Source: an uncultured archaeon (lineage in GTDB: Archaea > Thermoplasmatota > Thermoplasmata > Thermoplasmatales > Thermoplasmataceae). Taken from it: a DNA stretch of 64,000 bases. Of the stretch, positions 10,092-18,527 are shown one piece after another (position 1 is the first letter of the stretch; the number at the start of each line of letters is the position of its first letter). The notes below the pieces were generated by a model that was not told the DNA's origin, ran no database searches, and saw nothing but the letters and a program-made list of their open reading frames with translations. The DNA lies in NCBI GenBank assembly GCA_000965745.1, contig CP009479.1, positions 1,216,001 through 1,280,000 on the forward strand, written 5' to 3'. The position numbers and the translations under genes are program-made.

Positions 10092-10955
10092 CTACGTTAA
10101 GTCACGGATGGATGAGGGATTCCATTCTACGGCAAATCTGGTGATCTGTCCGAAGCGGATATGATCCATGGCTTGATCACTAAAGGTCAAAAGTAGATAG
10201 ATATTTCGCTCAATCGCAAGACTTTTCACCTGTTCGAAAGCTCTGGCAACATCATAAAAATCATGGTATACTATAAGCAGATCGAACACGTCAATAAAAA
10301 CGACGGTGCTGTTGTTTTCAACTATCCGCTTTACAATCGAATCCATGATGTATGTCAGGTTAACCGGCCTGTTCCTCTGTGCACCTATTGAATCAGTAAC
10401 CCAGAGAAAATTGTTGTCGTTGAGGAGGTCCGGCAATTCATGGCGCATGTTGAACCTTGAGGCGACAAAAATCTTGCTTTTGTCTATTGTGTCTGAAAAC
10501 ATCAGCGAAAAGAAGGTCCTCGCATTCTCAGGCTTTGTGTAGTATATCACTCCAGGATAAAGCCCGTTCTTTCCCAGGTATACGGTGGTGTTGTTTATCA
10601 TCCTGAGTTTCCTGACTGTGTAGCTAGTAAGTGCCTGCCTAAGGTATTTCCTTGAAGTCTCAAGGTCATTAGGGTCAATTATAACAATTTCAGCGGTGTA
10701 CCTGATCCTCTCATCGATCTCAGGATCATGGTTCGACATTACAATCAAGAGATAGTCCCTCTTCTCCTGGAGGAAGTATTCTTCTACATCCTTGGGCATC
10801 CCGGAATTAAGGTAGAGCACTATCGATGTAGGCTTTATGTCTTCTATGACTTTGGAGGAAAAGTTTTCGATTAGCTTATACTCAATTCCAGTCGGTCTCA
10901 GTAATTTTTCGAACAACCCATCACTGTCCCCTGACTGGTCGTATATAACTATCAT
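10092..10955 (-). CDS. Pseudo-receiver-like domain fused to DUF835-like inactive ATPase domain
   Basis: C-terminal LWVTD...VVFIDVFDLLIVYHDF pattern resembles DUF835; N-terminal beta/alpha pattern resembles REC but lacks the acceptor Asp. Confidence 0.7.
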   Translation of the reverse strand: MIVIYDQSGDSDGLFEKLLRPTGIEYKLIENFSSKVIEDIKPTSIVLYLNSGMPKDVEEYFLQEKRDYLLIVMSNHDPEIDERIRYTAEIVIIDPNDLETSRKYLRQALTSYTVRKLRMINNTTVYLGKNGLYPGVIYYTKPENARTFFSLMFSDTIDKSKIFVASRFNMRHELPDLLNDNNFLWVTDSIGAQRNRPVNLTYIMDSIVKRIVENNSTVVFIDVFDLLIVYHDFYDVARAFEQVKSLAIERNIYLLLTFSDQAMDHIRFGQITRFAVEWNPSSIRDLT

Positions 10956-11110
10956 TCGAATTATAAAATCCTGAAGATTATTTAATCTTTCGTGTAATAG
11001 GTTAGATGTAATTTCGCTTTGAACTCAGATTTTATATCGGAAGACCATGCGGGTTGACCTGAGGGTAATACTGAGGAGTACGACAATATTTTTAGCTTGT
11101 AACCCATTTC

Positions 11111-12085
11111 ATGCACATGGCCAGACGCAAGATTTCAGTTATAGGTGCTGGAAATGTTGGTGCTTCACTTGCACAGTTTCTTGCAGTGAGAGAATTGGGA
11201 GACATTTACCTTTTTGACGTTGTTGATGGCGTCCCTGAAGGAAAAGCTCTTGACATGAGAGAGGGTGCCCCTCATTGGGGATACGATTCTGCAGTTGTTG
11301 GGTTCACAACAACCGACAAGGATGCATACAAGCACCTCGCAGGGTCCGATGTTATAGTTGTAACGGCAGGACTGGCCAGAAAGCCCGGAATGAGCAGGGA
11401 CGATCTTCTCAACAAGAACCTCCAGATCATGAAGGATGTTGGAGAGAACATAAAGAAGCATGCCCCTGATGCAGTTATTGTCGTTGTCTCAAACCCTGCG
11501 GACATAATGGCCTATGCCCTTCAGAAGATAACAGGTGCCGACCCGTCCAAAGTAATGGGTCTTGGCGGAGCTCTTGACAGTGCAAGGTTCAGGACATTCC
11601 TGGCAATGGAACTGGGCGTCTCTGTCGAGGACGTCAATGCATTCGTGATAGGCGGACACGGAGACGACATGGTTCCCTTCATCAGGTATTCAAGCGTTGC
11701 AGGAATACCGATATCCAACCTTCTGAGCAAGGAAAAAATCGAAGAAATAGTCAAGAGGACAAGGTTCGGCGGCGGAGAAATCGTCAATTTCCTCAAGACA
11801 GGAAGCGCTTTCTATGCTCCAGGGGCATCAATCAGGGCTATGGTGGAATCTGTCATACTGGACAAGAAGAGGGTAATTCCCTGCGCAGCCCACCTCACAG
11901 GAACACACGGGAAACACTATGGTGCAGACGGACTCTTTATCGGGGTTCCAATCAAAATCGGGGCAGATGGCGTTGAACATATCTACGACATGGATTTTAA
12001 CGCAGAGGAAAAAGAGCTTTGGGACAAGACAGCCGCCTCGGTGCGCGAAAACGCACAGAAAGTGGACAGGTTTTTGTCCCAATAA
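11111..12085 (+). CDS. mdh: Malate dehydrogenase (LDH-like)
   Basis: IGAGNVG, TAGLARKPGMSRDDL, LDSARF, GGHGD. Confidence 0.96.
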   Translation: MHMARRKISVIGAGNVGASLAQFLAVRELGDIYLFDVVDGVPEGKALDMREGAPHWGYDSAVVGFTTTDKDAYKHLAGSDVIVVTAGLARKPGMSRDDLLNKNLQIMKDVGENIKKHAPDAVIVVVSNPADIMAYALQKITGADPSKVMGLGGALDSARFRTFLAMELGVSVEDVNAFVIGGHGDDMVPFIRYSSVAGIPISNLLSKEKIEEIVKRTRFGGGEIVNFLKTGSAFYAPGASIRAMVESVILDKKRVIPCAAHLTGTHGKHYGADGLFIGVPIKIGADGVEHIYDMDFNAEEKELWDKTAASVRENAQKVDRFLSQ

Positions 12086-12088
12086 ACC

Positions 12089-12802
12089 CTATTTTTTTAC
12101 ATTTTTCAGAAATTCAGAGTAGAATTCAGGATATTCCTCATAGCTGATTGGGTCGGGATAGCCTGCATCCATGAAACCTTTAAGCCTCAGCAGGCAGGAA
12201 TCGCATCTTCCGCAAGCCCTTTCGTTTCCATTGTAACAGGAGGAAGTGTGCTCGTATGGGACATTCAGGCCCATGCCCATCTTTATTATATCGGATTTTG
12301 AAAGGTACTGGAGCGGGGCCTCAATGGTCATCCATTTCTTCTTTCCATCTCCTGTCCCAAGGTTAAGTGCCTTTTCCATGGCGCTGATGAACTCCGGCCT
12401 GCAGTCCGGGTATCCTGAATAGTCGACTGCATTTACACCTATGTACACCGCTTCGCCTCCAATTGTCTCAAGGAAGCCTGCCGCCAGTGAAAGGAAAATG
12501 GTATTTCTTGCAGGAACATACGAAGTGGGTATGCCATCCGCGATCTCATCAACGCTTCTCGTTGCTACAGGGATATCATCGGTAAGGGAACTTCCTCCTA
12601 TCTGGGTGAGGTCAACATCTATTATCTTGTGCCTGACCCCATAATGATCTGCTATCTTTCTTGAGGATTCCACCTCCATTGAATGCCTCTGCCCGTACCT
12701 GAAACTCAGCGCATGAACATCCAACCCCCTGCTGAGGGCGTATCCTATAACCGTGGTTGAGTCAAGCCCTCCGGAAAGGAGGCATACAACCTTCTTACTC
12801 GT
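12089..12802 (-). CDS. queC: 7-cyano-7-deazaguanine synthase; apparent ACG start
   Basis: Extending the ORF upstream gives KKVVCLLSGGLDS (PP-loop); YVPARN, YPDCRPEF and C-terminal CGRCDSC; in-frame TAA directly precedes ACG at 12802. Confidence 0.93.
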   Translation of the reverse strand, partial: TSKKVVCLLSGGLDSTTVIGYALSRGLDVHALSFRYGQRHSMEVESSRKIADHYGVRHKIIDVDLTQIGGSSLTDDIPVATRSVDEIADGIPTSYVPARNTIFLSLAAGFLETIGGEAVYIGVNAVDYSGYPDCRPEFISAMEKALNLGTGDGKKKWMTIEAPLQYLSKSDIIKMGMGLNVPYEHTSSCYNGNERACGRCDSCLLRLKGFMDAGYPDPISYEEYPEFYSEFLKNVKK

Positions 12803-13271
12803 TTAAATCAATCTCCACAAAGGATCCCTGGCCGGGCCCTTCTTCAATGGAAACCTCCATGGCGGTGAGGTTGGGCCTGGAACCTAGGTTCATGGCTATC
12901 TTCCTTCCAACGTAGTATGACAGTTCCTCGCTCGATGTCACTTCAACATCGCATACATGAACGTCCCTTTCAACAGCAACAATCCTCTTGTCTTCATACC
13001 GGACCTCGACCTCACCATTCTCTACTTTGTAAACAGCCTCACTGCTGTTCCCGGGAATGAGAAGCTTGTGATCAAGCTCGGAAATGGCATCTCTCATAGC
13101 TTTCTTGAGATCGGTAAAATCTATCAGGATGCCCTTGACCTTCTCGCCATGTAGCCTGATCTTTACGCCATAATCATGCCCGTGAATTCGTGAGCATTTG
13201 CCCAGCTTCGGTATAAAATGGGCGGAGGAGAACCTGATATTTGCACTCCAGCCATCAACGTGAATTTCCAT
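12795..13271 (-). CDS. queD: 6-carboxy-5,6,7,8-tetrahydropterin synthase (QueD/PTPS family)
   Basis: FSSAHF, KCSRIHGHDY, LDHKLL, SSEEL; overlaps queC. Confidence 0.9.
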   Translation of the reverse strand: MEIHVDGWSANIRFSSAHFIPKLGKCSRIHGHDYGVKIRLHGEKVKGILIDFTDLKKAMRDAISELDHKLLIPGNSSEAVYKVENGEVEVRYEDKRIVAVERDVHVCDVEVTSSEELSYYVGRKIAMNLGSRPNLTAMEVSIEEGPGQGSFVEIDLNE

Positions 13272-13319
13272 ATGTCAGGAAATAACTAATCCGGTTATAA
13301 CTCTTAAGGAGTGTAGAGA

Positions 13320-13592
13320 TCACCCCTTCTTCATTTTTCCGGCAACCCTGCCTATATAGATCGTTATTACAACTGCGATTACTGTTACTATGACTGCATA
13401 GAGTACCATGGCTAACAGGTCGCTGCTGCTTCCAAATATAACTGAGAATATTTTGAGGATGGCGGAGTTCCACGCAAGTGCTGCAACAAGCCCGAATGCT
13501 GATGTTATAAGTGTGGCCAATTTCTCTATGGATTCACGCTTGATCTCTTCAAAAGAATTGGTCTTCTTTTCCTCTCCTTCCGGCTCGGTCAT
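13320..13592 (-). CDS. Small membrane protein (DUF5654-like)
   Basis: AFGLVAALAWNSAI motif, two TM helices. Confidence 0.75.
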   Translation of the reverse strand: MTEPEGEEKKTNSFEEIKRESIEKLATLITSAFGLVAALAWNSAILKIFSVIFGSSSDLLAMVLYAVIVTVIAVVITIYIGRVAGKMKKG

Positions 13593-13822
13593 GTGACCAC
13601 ATAAATCTAGTGAAGTGATATATATAAAGATGATACCGCTATGTTTTCATCTGTTCAGGAAGCTCCAACTAAAGCCCACAATTGAAAGCCACCCGCTGTG
13701 CATTTATAAACTCAACCATTAGCCTACCAGGTGTATCTGTTTCTTTACGCATCAACCCTAAGAATCTTATTATATGTGGTAAAACGATTAGGGATAGGCT
13801 TGACATAAGCCCTGTGGTTTCG

Positions 13823-13897
13823 GGGCGCGTGGCCCAGTCTGGATAAGGCAACAGCCTCCTAAGCTGTGGATCGGGGGTTCGAATCCCCTCGCGCCCG
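13823..13897 (+). tRNA. tRNA-Arg(CCT)
   Basis: Acceptor GGGCGCG/CGCGCCC, anticodon arm ACAGC-CTCCTAA-GCTGT, T-loop TTCGAAT; CCA not encoded. Confidence 0.95.
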
Positions 13898-13958
13898 CTT
13901 CGTTCTGTTTTCTTGCAATGCCCCTTTCGACTGCCACTATCTTTCCACAGAACATAAC

Positions 13959-14243
13959 TTATTTGATGGAAAATTGAGCCTCATCTGAGTTGAAGCCTGT
14001 TAGGGTTTCCACATTCTGCAGTCCTGATTCCGTACTTTTCATAGAATACTTCAGGGCGGCCAAATCACTCGGGAACTCAATTACTTCAATTATATCGTAT
14101 CTCCCAAGCGTCATGAAAGCTTCTTTGCTCTTTCCACCAAGGCTCTTTATAAGCTCTGACAGTTCCTTACTATTCTCTTTGACAAGGTCCAAGTTGGATT
14201 TCCCCTTCTCTGTAAGGGTCACCAAAAACACATAAACAGGCAT
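13959..14243 (-). CDS. GYD-domain protein
   Basis: MPVYVFLVTLTEKG start and TLGRYD motif. Confidence 0.8.
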   Translation of the reverse strand: MPVYVFLVTLTEKGKSNLDLVKENSKELSELIKSLGGKSKEAFMTLGRYDIIEVIEFPSDLAALKYSMKSTESGLQNVETLTGFNSDEAQFSIK

Positions 14244-14607
14244 GCCAAATTTAACCACTCTGGGCTTAAATACGCTATGGATTAATCTTAAAGCATCAAT
14301 ATGCAATTTGGATGCGAAACCTCTCGCCGCCATATCTGTCCGTATTATCTGCCCAAAGAACTGGAAAGCTGTGCGCCCACCAGGACTTGAAACTCAACAG
14401 TTGAAAAACCTTTAATTGGGATGCAACCTCTTAACAGCTAAACTTTGGAAAGATTCATGCCCTCTCCGGACTGCCATATTCCTGATCTCACTATTGTCAA
14501 AATTCTGGAGGGTATTTAATTTCACAGAACCTTTTCTATTTGGAACATGAAACGGAAATTGCAAAATACAGCTCCCAGAATGAGCATAAAGGATTCAAAA
14601 AATTATG

Positions 14608-15357
14608 TTACTGCTCCATTCTTGGAGCAAGCAGGAAAACGCCTGATATATGTTTCTCAGCATTCCCCTTTCCCTGATTGAGCGTAAACTCTATGGTCAG
14701 GGGGTAGTCGTCCTTGAAGCTCATCTTCATCTCGTCGGCGGATGCGAGTGATTTTACCAGCTTGAGCAAGTACTCAAGAGGATATGAGCTCTTTACCGGT
14801 CCCTTGCAGAATATCTCCTTCAGCATGTCTTTTGGAAGTACCATTTCGGACTCTTCAGAATCGGACATGGACCGTGCCTTGAAATCGGAATCCGTGAGTG
14901 TAAGCCTGATGGCATCAGACACATCCTCTGCCGCCCTGAGCCCCTTCTCAAGATCGGACTTGCCCAAGACAACAAAGTACTCTGAGCTTATCTGCGGGAT
15001 CCTTGGAGTGGTAACAGAATTGTTGTCCAGGAGAGAGATGCTCTTTACAATGTTGCCTATCTCAAACTTCAGTTTCTCCTTCTCCTTTGAAATGGTGACA
15101 AGATCACTGGAACTGGCCAGCTTGATTACCGCCTTGAGCCTCTCAACATCCAGTGATATCTCTTCTTCCTCGTCCACCTGAAACTCGTTGAATATATCTT
15201 TGGGCAGGTCTATACTTATCATTGCCACGTGTGCAGGGTCCACTGCCTTTACAGAGATCCCTGTCTTATCAAGCTTGAATTTGGCCTCCGTAACGACTGT
15301 ATTTAGAAGGTCGGCCACCTCCTTCAGGTTCTTAACAGAAATACTAATTCTCATCAT
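14608..15357 (-). CDS. pcn: DNA sliding clamp PCNA
   Basis: AVDPAHVAMI, SSYPLEYL, DDYPL, C-terminal LLAPR. Confidence 0.96.
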   Translation of the reverse strand: MMRISISVKNLKEVADLLNTVVTEAKFKLDKTGISVKAVDPAHVAMISIDLPKDIFNEFQVDEEEEISLDVERLKAVIKLASSSDLVTISKEKEKLKFEIGNIVKSISLLDNNSVTTPRIPQISSEYFVVLGKSDLEKGLRAAEDVSDAIRLTLTDSDFKARSMSDSEESEMVLPKDMLKEIFCKGPVKSSYPLEYLLKLVKSLASADEMKMSFKDDYPLTIEFTLNQGKGNAEKHISGVFLLAPRMEQ

Positions 15358-15504
15358 TCGATCAACCTTTGACTATGTGAGTTAAGAGTTATGGATAATC
15401 AATTAGAACGTAATTAATACTTTTCATAGCCTCATCGCAAAGCCCGCGTCCGCACTATCCCGAGGGGATATTATACACCTCATTCAATCAAAATCCAGGG
15501 ACGT

Positions 15505-16125
15505 TCAGACCTTTATCAGCTTGAGTGCATACGAGGTGAACGGGTCAAGTATCAGCTCTCCATTTGCAGTCTCAACAGTCACATCACCGTCGTTAAGCAA
15601 TTCCACTGAAGCTCCAGGGAAAGCCGACACTGAGGACATCTCTCTCAGCAGCTTCCTGTCCTCGAAAGATACCCTGTTCAGTGTGTATTTGCCTGGCTCA
15701 GCGAGTGATGCCGAAACCTCCTTCTTTCTTTCGGATGGGTTTACGGGATTTCCGTGAGGGCATGTCTCCGGCCTGCCAATATTCTTGAAGAGCTTCTCTC
15801 CCTTATCCCCGTGGAAAAGGTGCTCCAGCTCCATGACAGATGAATGCGAGTCCTCCCATGGTATTTCCAGGAACTTGTATGCGAATACCTCAACTATCCT
15901 GTGTTCCCTGACCATTGGCATCACTTTCCTGTATCCCCTGGAAGTGAAGTTAACATCCCTCCCCCTCTTGACGAGCAGCCCGTCATCCACGAGCTTTGAC
16001 ACGTATTCTGAGGCGGTGGGAGCAGAAATCTTGAGCCTTCTGGCTATGTCTTTTTCCGAGACCCTTCCTATGGTCTCTATAAACTCCCATGTAACCAGCA
16101 GGTAATCTTCTTTATTATTGGCCAT
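15505..16125 (-). CDS. DtxR/MntR-family metal-dependent regulator
   Basis: EDYL, HTH IARRLKISAPTASE, REHRIVE, ELEH, CPHGNP, FeoA-like tail. Confidence 0.9.
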   Translation of the reverse strand: MANNKEDYLLVTWEFIETIGRVSEKDIARRLKISAPTASEYVSKLVDDGLLVKRGRDVNFTSRGYRKVMPMVREHRIVEVFAYKFLEIPWEDSHSSVMELEHLFHGDKGEKLFKNIGRPETCPHGNPVNPSERKKEVSASLAEPGKYTLNRVSFEDRKLLREMSSVSAFPGASVELLNDGDVTVETANGELILDPFTSYALKLIKV

Positions 16126-16272
16126 TAACGGCTTTAAATAGGGTTTTTATAGTTAAACATTTCCCATCATTCCGATGCAGATCACACCATGGATATACTC
16201 CGTGACATGGGCCAGCTCATTCAAGCCCGGTTAACTCATCACGATTTAATACTTCAAGTCGATATTCTTTTC

Positions 16273-16980
16273 ATGGAGATTGTATTTCTCGGAAACTGGT
16301 CGGCAAGACTTGCTCCCGGGAAAGTAAACACATCATTCGTGATAGACGGGAAGATTGCCTGTGACTTCGGACCTGGCTCTCTTCAGTCCATGATTGAGAA
16401 GGGCCTTGACCCCAACGGCCTGGAACAGGTGCTCATATCCCACATGCATTATGATCACTTCGCGGGATTGACGGGCCTGCTCTGGTACAGGGCCATGTCC
16501 GGTACTGAGGAAGAGTTGCTGATAACCGGCCCCGATGGCATTGAGAAAACATCAAAAGACTTGCTGGAATCATATCGGACGCCTCATGGCTTTCACATCT
16601 ACGCCTCATTCGAGAAAAAATCAAATGATGACATCCAAATCATCTCTGGAGACCACACAATCCCCAACAATGGTTACAGGATACACTACAACGGCAGGAC
16701 GGTATTCTATACAGGCGACACTGCTTTCAGCGAATTGATTGTAAAAGGGGCTGAGAACGTTGATCTTCTTATTCATGAAATGACCTACACTGACGATCTG
16801 AGAATAGAAGCAGAACTGTGGAGGCACTCAACGGTTTCGGATGTAATGTCTACATTCACCGAAAGCAGTGCCAAAAGGCTTGTCCCTGTCCATCTTACCG
16901 CTGAAACCCTTAAGGCGATCCCGGCACTACAGAGAAAGAACGACCAGCTCTTCCTCCCTGAGGGCAGCATACTCCTGTAA
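16273..16980 (+). CDS. Metallo-beta-lactamase-fold hydrolase (RNase Z-like)
   Basis: SHMHYDH, YTGDT, LLIHE, HST, PVHL; start moved to ATG 16273. Confidence 0.8.
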   Translation: MEIVFLGNWSARLAPGKVNTSFVIDGKIACDFGPGSLQSMIEKGLDPNGLEQVLISHMHYDHFAGLTGLLWYRAMSGTEEELLITGPDGIEKTSKDLLESYRTPHGFHIYASFEKKSNDDIQIISGDHTIPNNGYRIHYNGRTVFYTGDTAFSELIVKGAENVDLLIHEMTYTDDLRIEAELWRHSTVSDVMSTFTESSAKRLVPVHLTAETLKAIPALQRKNDQLFLPEGSILL

Positions 16981-17110
16981 GCCCGAAGCATGGGGCCCAT
17001 GGAAAACAGATCAACGGAAAAGAGTACAAGTGCCTGTTTTTCCAAGCACATCGTCACAACGGTTAAATACTACGAAAGTATACATGCTTGATAATGTCAC
17101 GCCTGCCTAA

Positions 17111-17126
17111 CAGAAAAAGTATAATT
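17111..17126 (+). promoter_or_regulatory. Putative BRE/TATA promoter for the leader-aromatic operon
   Basis: CAGAAAAAG-TATAATT about 30 nt upstream of the leader ATG at 17154. Confidence 0.55.
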
Positions 17127-17153
17127 GCAGTTGAAGGGCCTTCCAGGGCTCAA

Positions 17154-17234
17154 ATGAATTTGGAACCAAATGCAGTTATAAGGTCTGAATTTTTTGGCAG
17201 TGATGTTTTCTATTATCGTTTTGCACCTTTCTAA
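17154..17234 (+). CDS. Putative Phe/Tyr-rich leader peptide MNLEPNAVIRSEFFGSDVFYYRFAPF
   Basis: Hand-translated 26-codon ORF; 5 Phe and 2 Tyr in the last 14 codons; stop 15 nt before the chorismate mutase ATG. Confidence 0.7.
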   Translation: MNLEPNAVIRSEFFGSDVFYYRFAPF

Positions 17235-17249
17235 GGGAGCTGAATTAAT

Positions 17250-17867
17250 ATGGGTTCTCAGAGGAAACTTATAGGCAACAGTGAGGAGATTTCGTCTCTG
17301 CTCTCCATGCGGGATGAGCTTTTCAGGAATACACTACAGATTATAGATCTGGTCAGGGAAAGGATCAAGCTTGCGGCAGAGATAGGAAAGGAGAAGGACA
17401 TGCTCGGCATGTCACCGAGGAACAGGCAAAGGGAACTCGAGGTCCTGAACAGCATACCAGAACTTGGTGAGATTGAGAAATCAGTTCTGAACATGATTTT
17501 TGAGCTTACAATTCTCAATGAGGTAAGCCAGAGGCCCGAAGTATCAGTTCCTGAATCCCATGGGGAAAATGGCGGCAGCATAGTGCTTTCAGGCCCGGAC
17601 GGGCTTCTTGCATATTCAATGGGGCTCATTGTCTCTTTTCCGGGATTTGAGCTGAAGGATACTGCGGGGATCCCTGAAAATCTCGCATTGGGGGTTGTTC
17701 AGAGGGGTGGCCATATAACAGCTGAAAAAGAGGGCGGAAACTCAGGAAAAATAACCCTTGTGAATTCAGAGGGAACTGTTATGGCAACTCTTGATAACGG
17801 GATACTGAAGATCTGTCCTGAATTATTCTCAAAAAACTCAAAGAATGAAATAATGGAGGCGGTATAA
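17250..17867 (+). CDS. Chorismate mutase (AroQ) with unassigned C-terminal extension
   Basis: IIDLVRERIKLAAEIGKEK...RNRQRELEVL; GGGAG SD; operon context. Confidence 0.82.
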   Translation: MGSQRKLIGNSEEISSLLSMRDELFRNTLQIIDLVRERIKLAAEIGKEKDMLGMSPRNRQRELEVLNSIPELGEIEKSVLNMIFELTILNEVSQRPEVSVPESHGENGGSIVLSGPDGLLAYSMGLIVSFPGFELKDTAGIPENLALGVVQRGGHITAEKEGGNSGKITLVNSEGTVMATLDNGILKICPELFSKNSKNEIMEAV

Positions 17868-18527
17868 ATTAAAGTCTCAATAATTGGTTCCAGGGGAAGG
17901 ATAGGCTCCACTATCAGGGAAAAGCTTGAAGGAAACGGGCATGAAATAATATGTTCAGTCGACAGGAATGATACAATAGACACTGCAAAACTGAGGTCTT
18001 CCGATGTGACAGTCCTGGCTGTCCCGCTTGAGGATGCAATATTGCTCATCGAGAAATACAGGCATGAAATCGCCATCGTTGAACTTTCCTCCGTGAAATC
18101 TCCCATGAAGCGATTCTCCGGTGAAGTGGTAAGCCTGCATCCACTGTTTGGCCCTGCTTCATCGAAGAATCCGGATTTCAACACAATCCTGTTTGTTAAT
18201 GACATTTCGCCTGACGGATCGCTCCAGAAGGTCCGGGAACTCTTTGCCGACAGCAACATTGCCAGTGTAACCGCAGAGGAGCATGACAGGGCCATGGCTG
18301 ACCTGCTGGTTGCACCATACGCAGTATCGATGATTGCAAAGAGGATAGTGGCATCAAACCAGAAATTTGTCACCCCCTCGTTTGCAAATCTCCAGAAAAT
18401 AGCATCAATTCTGGACGGGGAAAACTCTTCAGTTGTCAGGGACACAATATCGAAGAACGAGTTTTCACGTTCAGTGCTGGAGCAGATCAACAATGAGATT
18501 ATGGAAATAAGGAGTGGGTTGAATTGA
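17868..18527 (+). CDS. tyrA: Prephenate/arogenate dehydrogenase; apparent ATT start
   Basis: Upstream extension gives KVSIIGSRGRIG (Rossmann motif); LAVP, SSVK, SLHPLFGP, EEHDRAMA. Confidence 0.85.
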   Translation: MKVSIIGSRGRIGSTIREKLEGNGHEIICSVDRNDTIDTAKLRSSDVTVLAVPLEDAILLIEKYRHEIAIVELSSVKSPMKRFSGEVVSLHPLFGPASSKNPDFNTILFVNDISPDGSLQKVRELFADSNIASVTAEEHDRAMADLLVAPYAVSMIAKRIVASNQKFVTPSFANLQKIASILDGENSSVVRDTISKNEFSRSVLEQINNEIMEIRSGLN

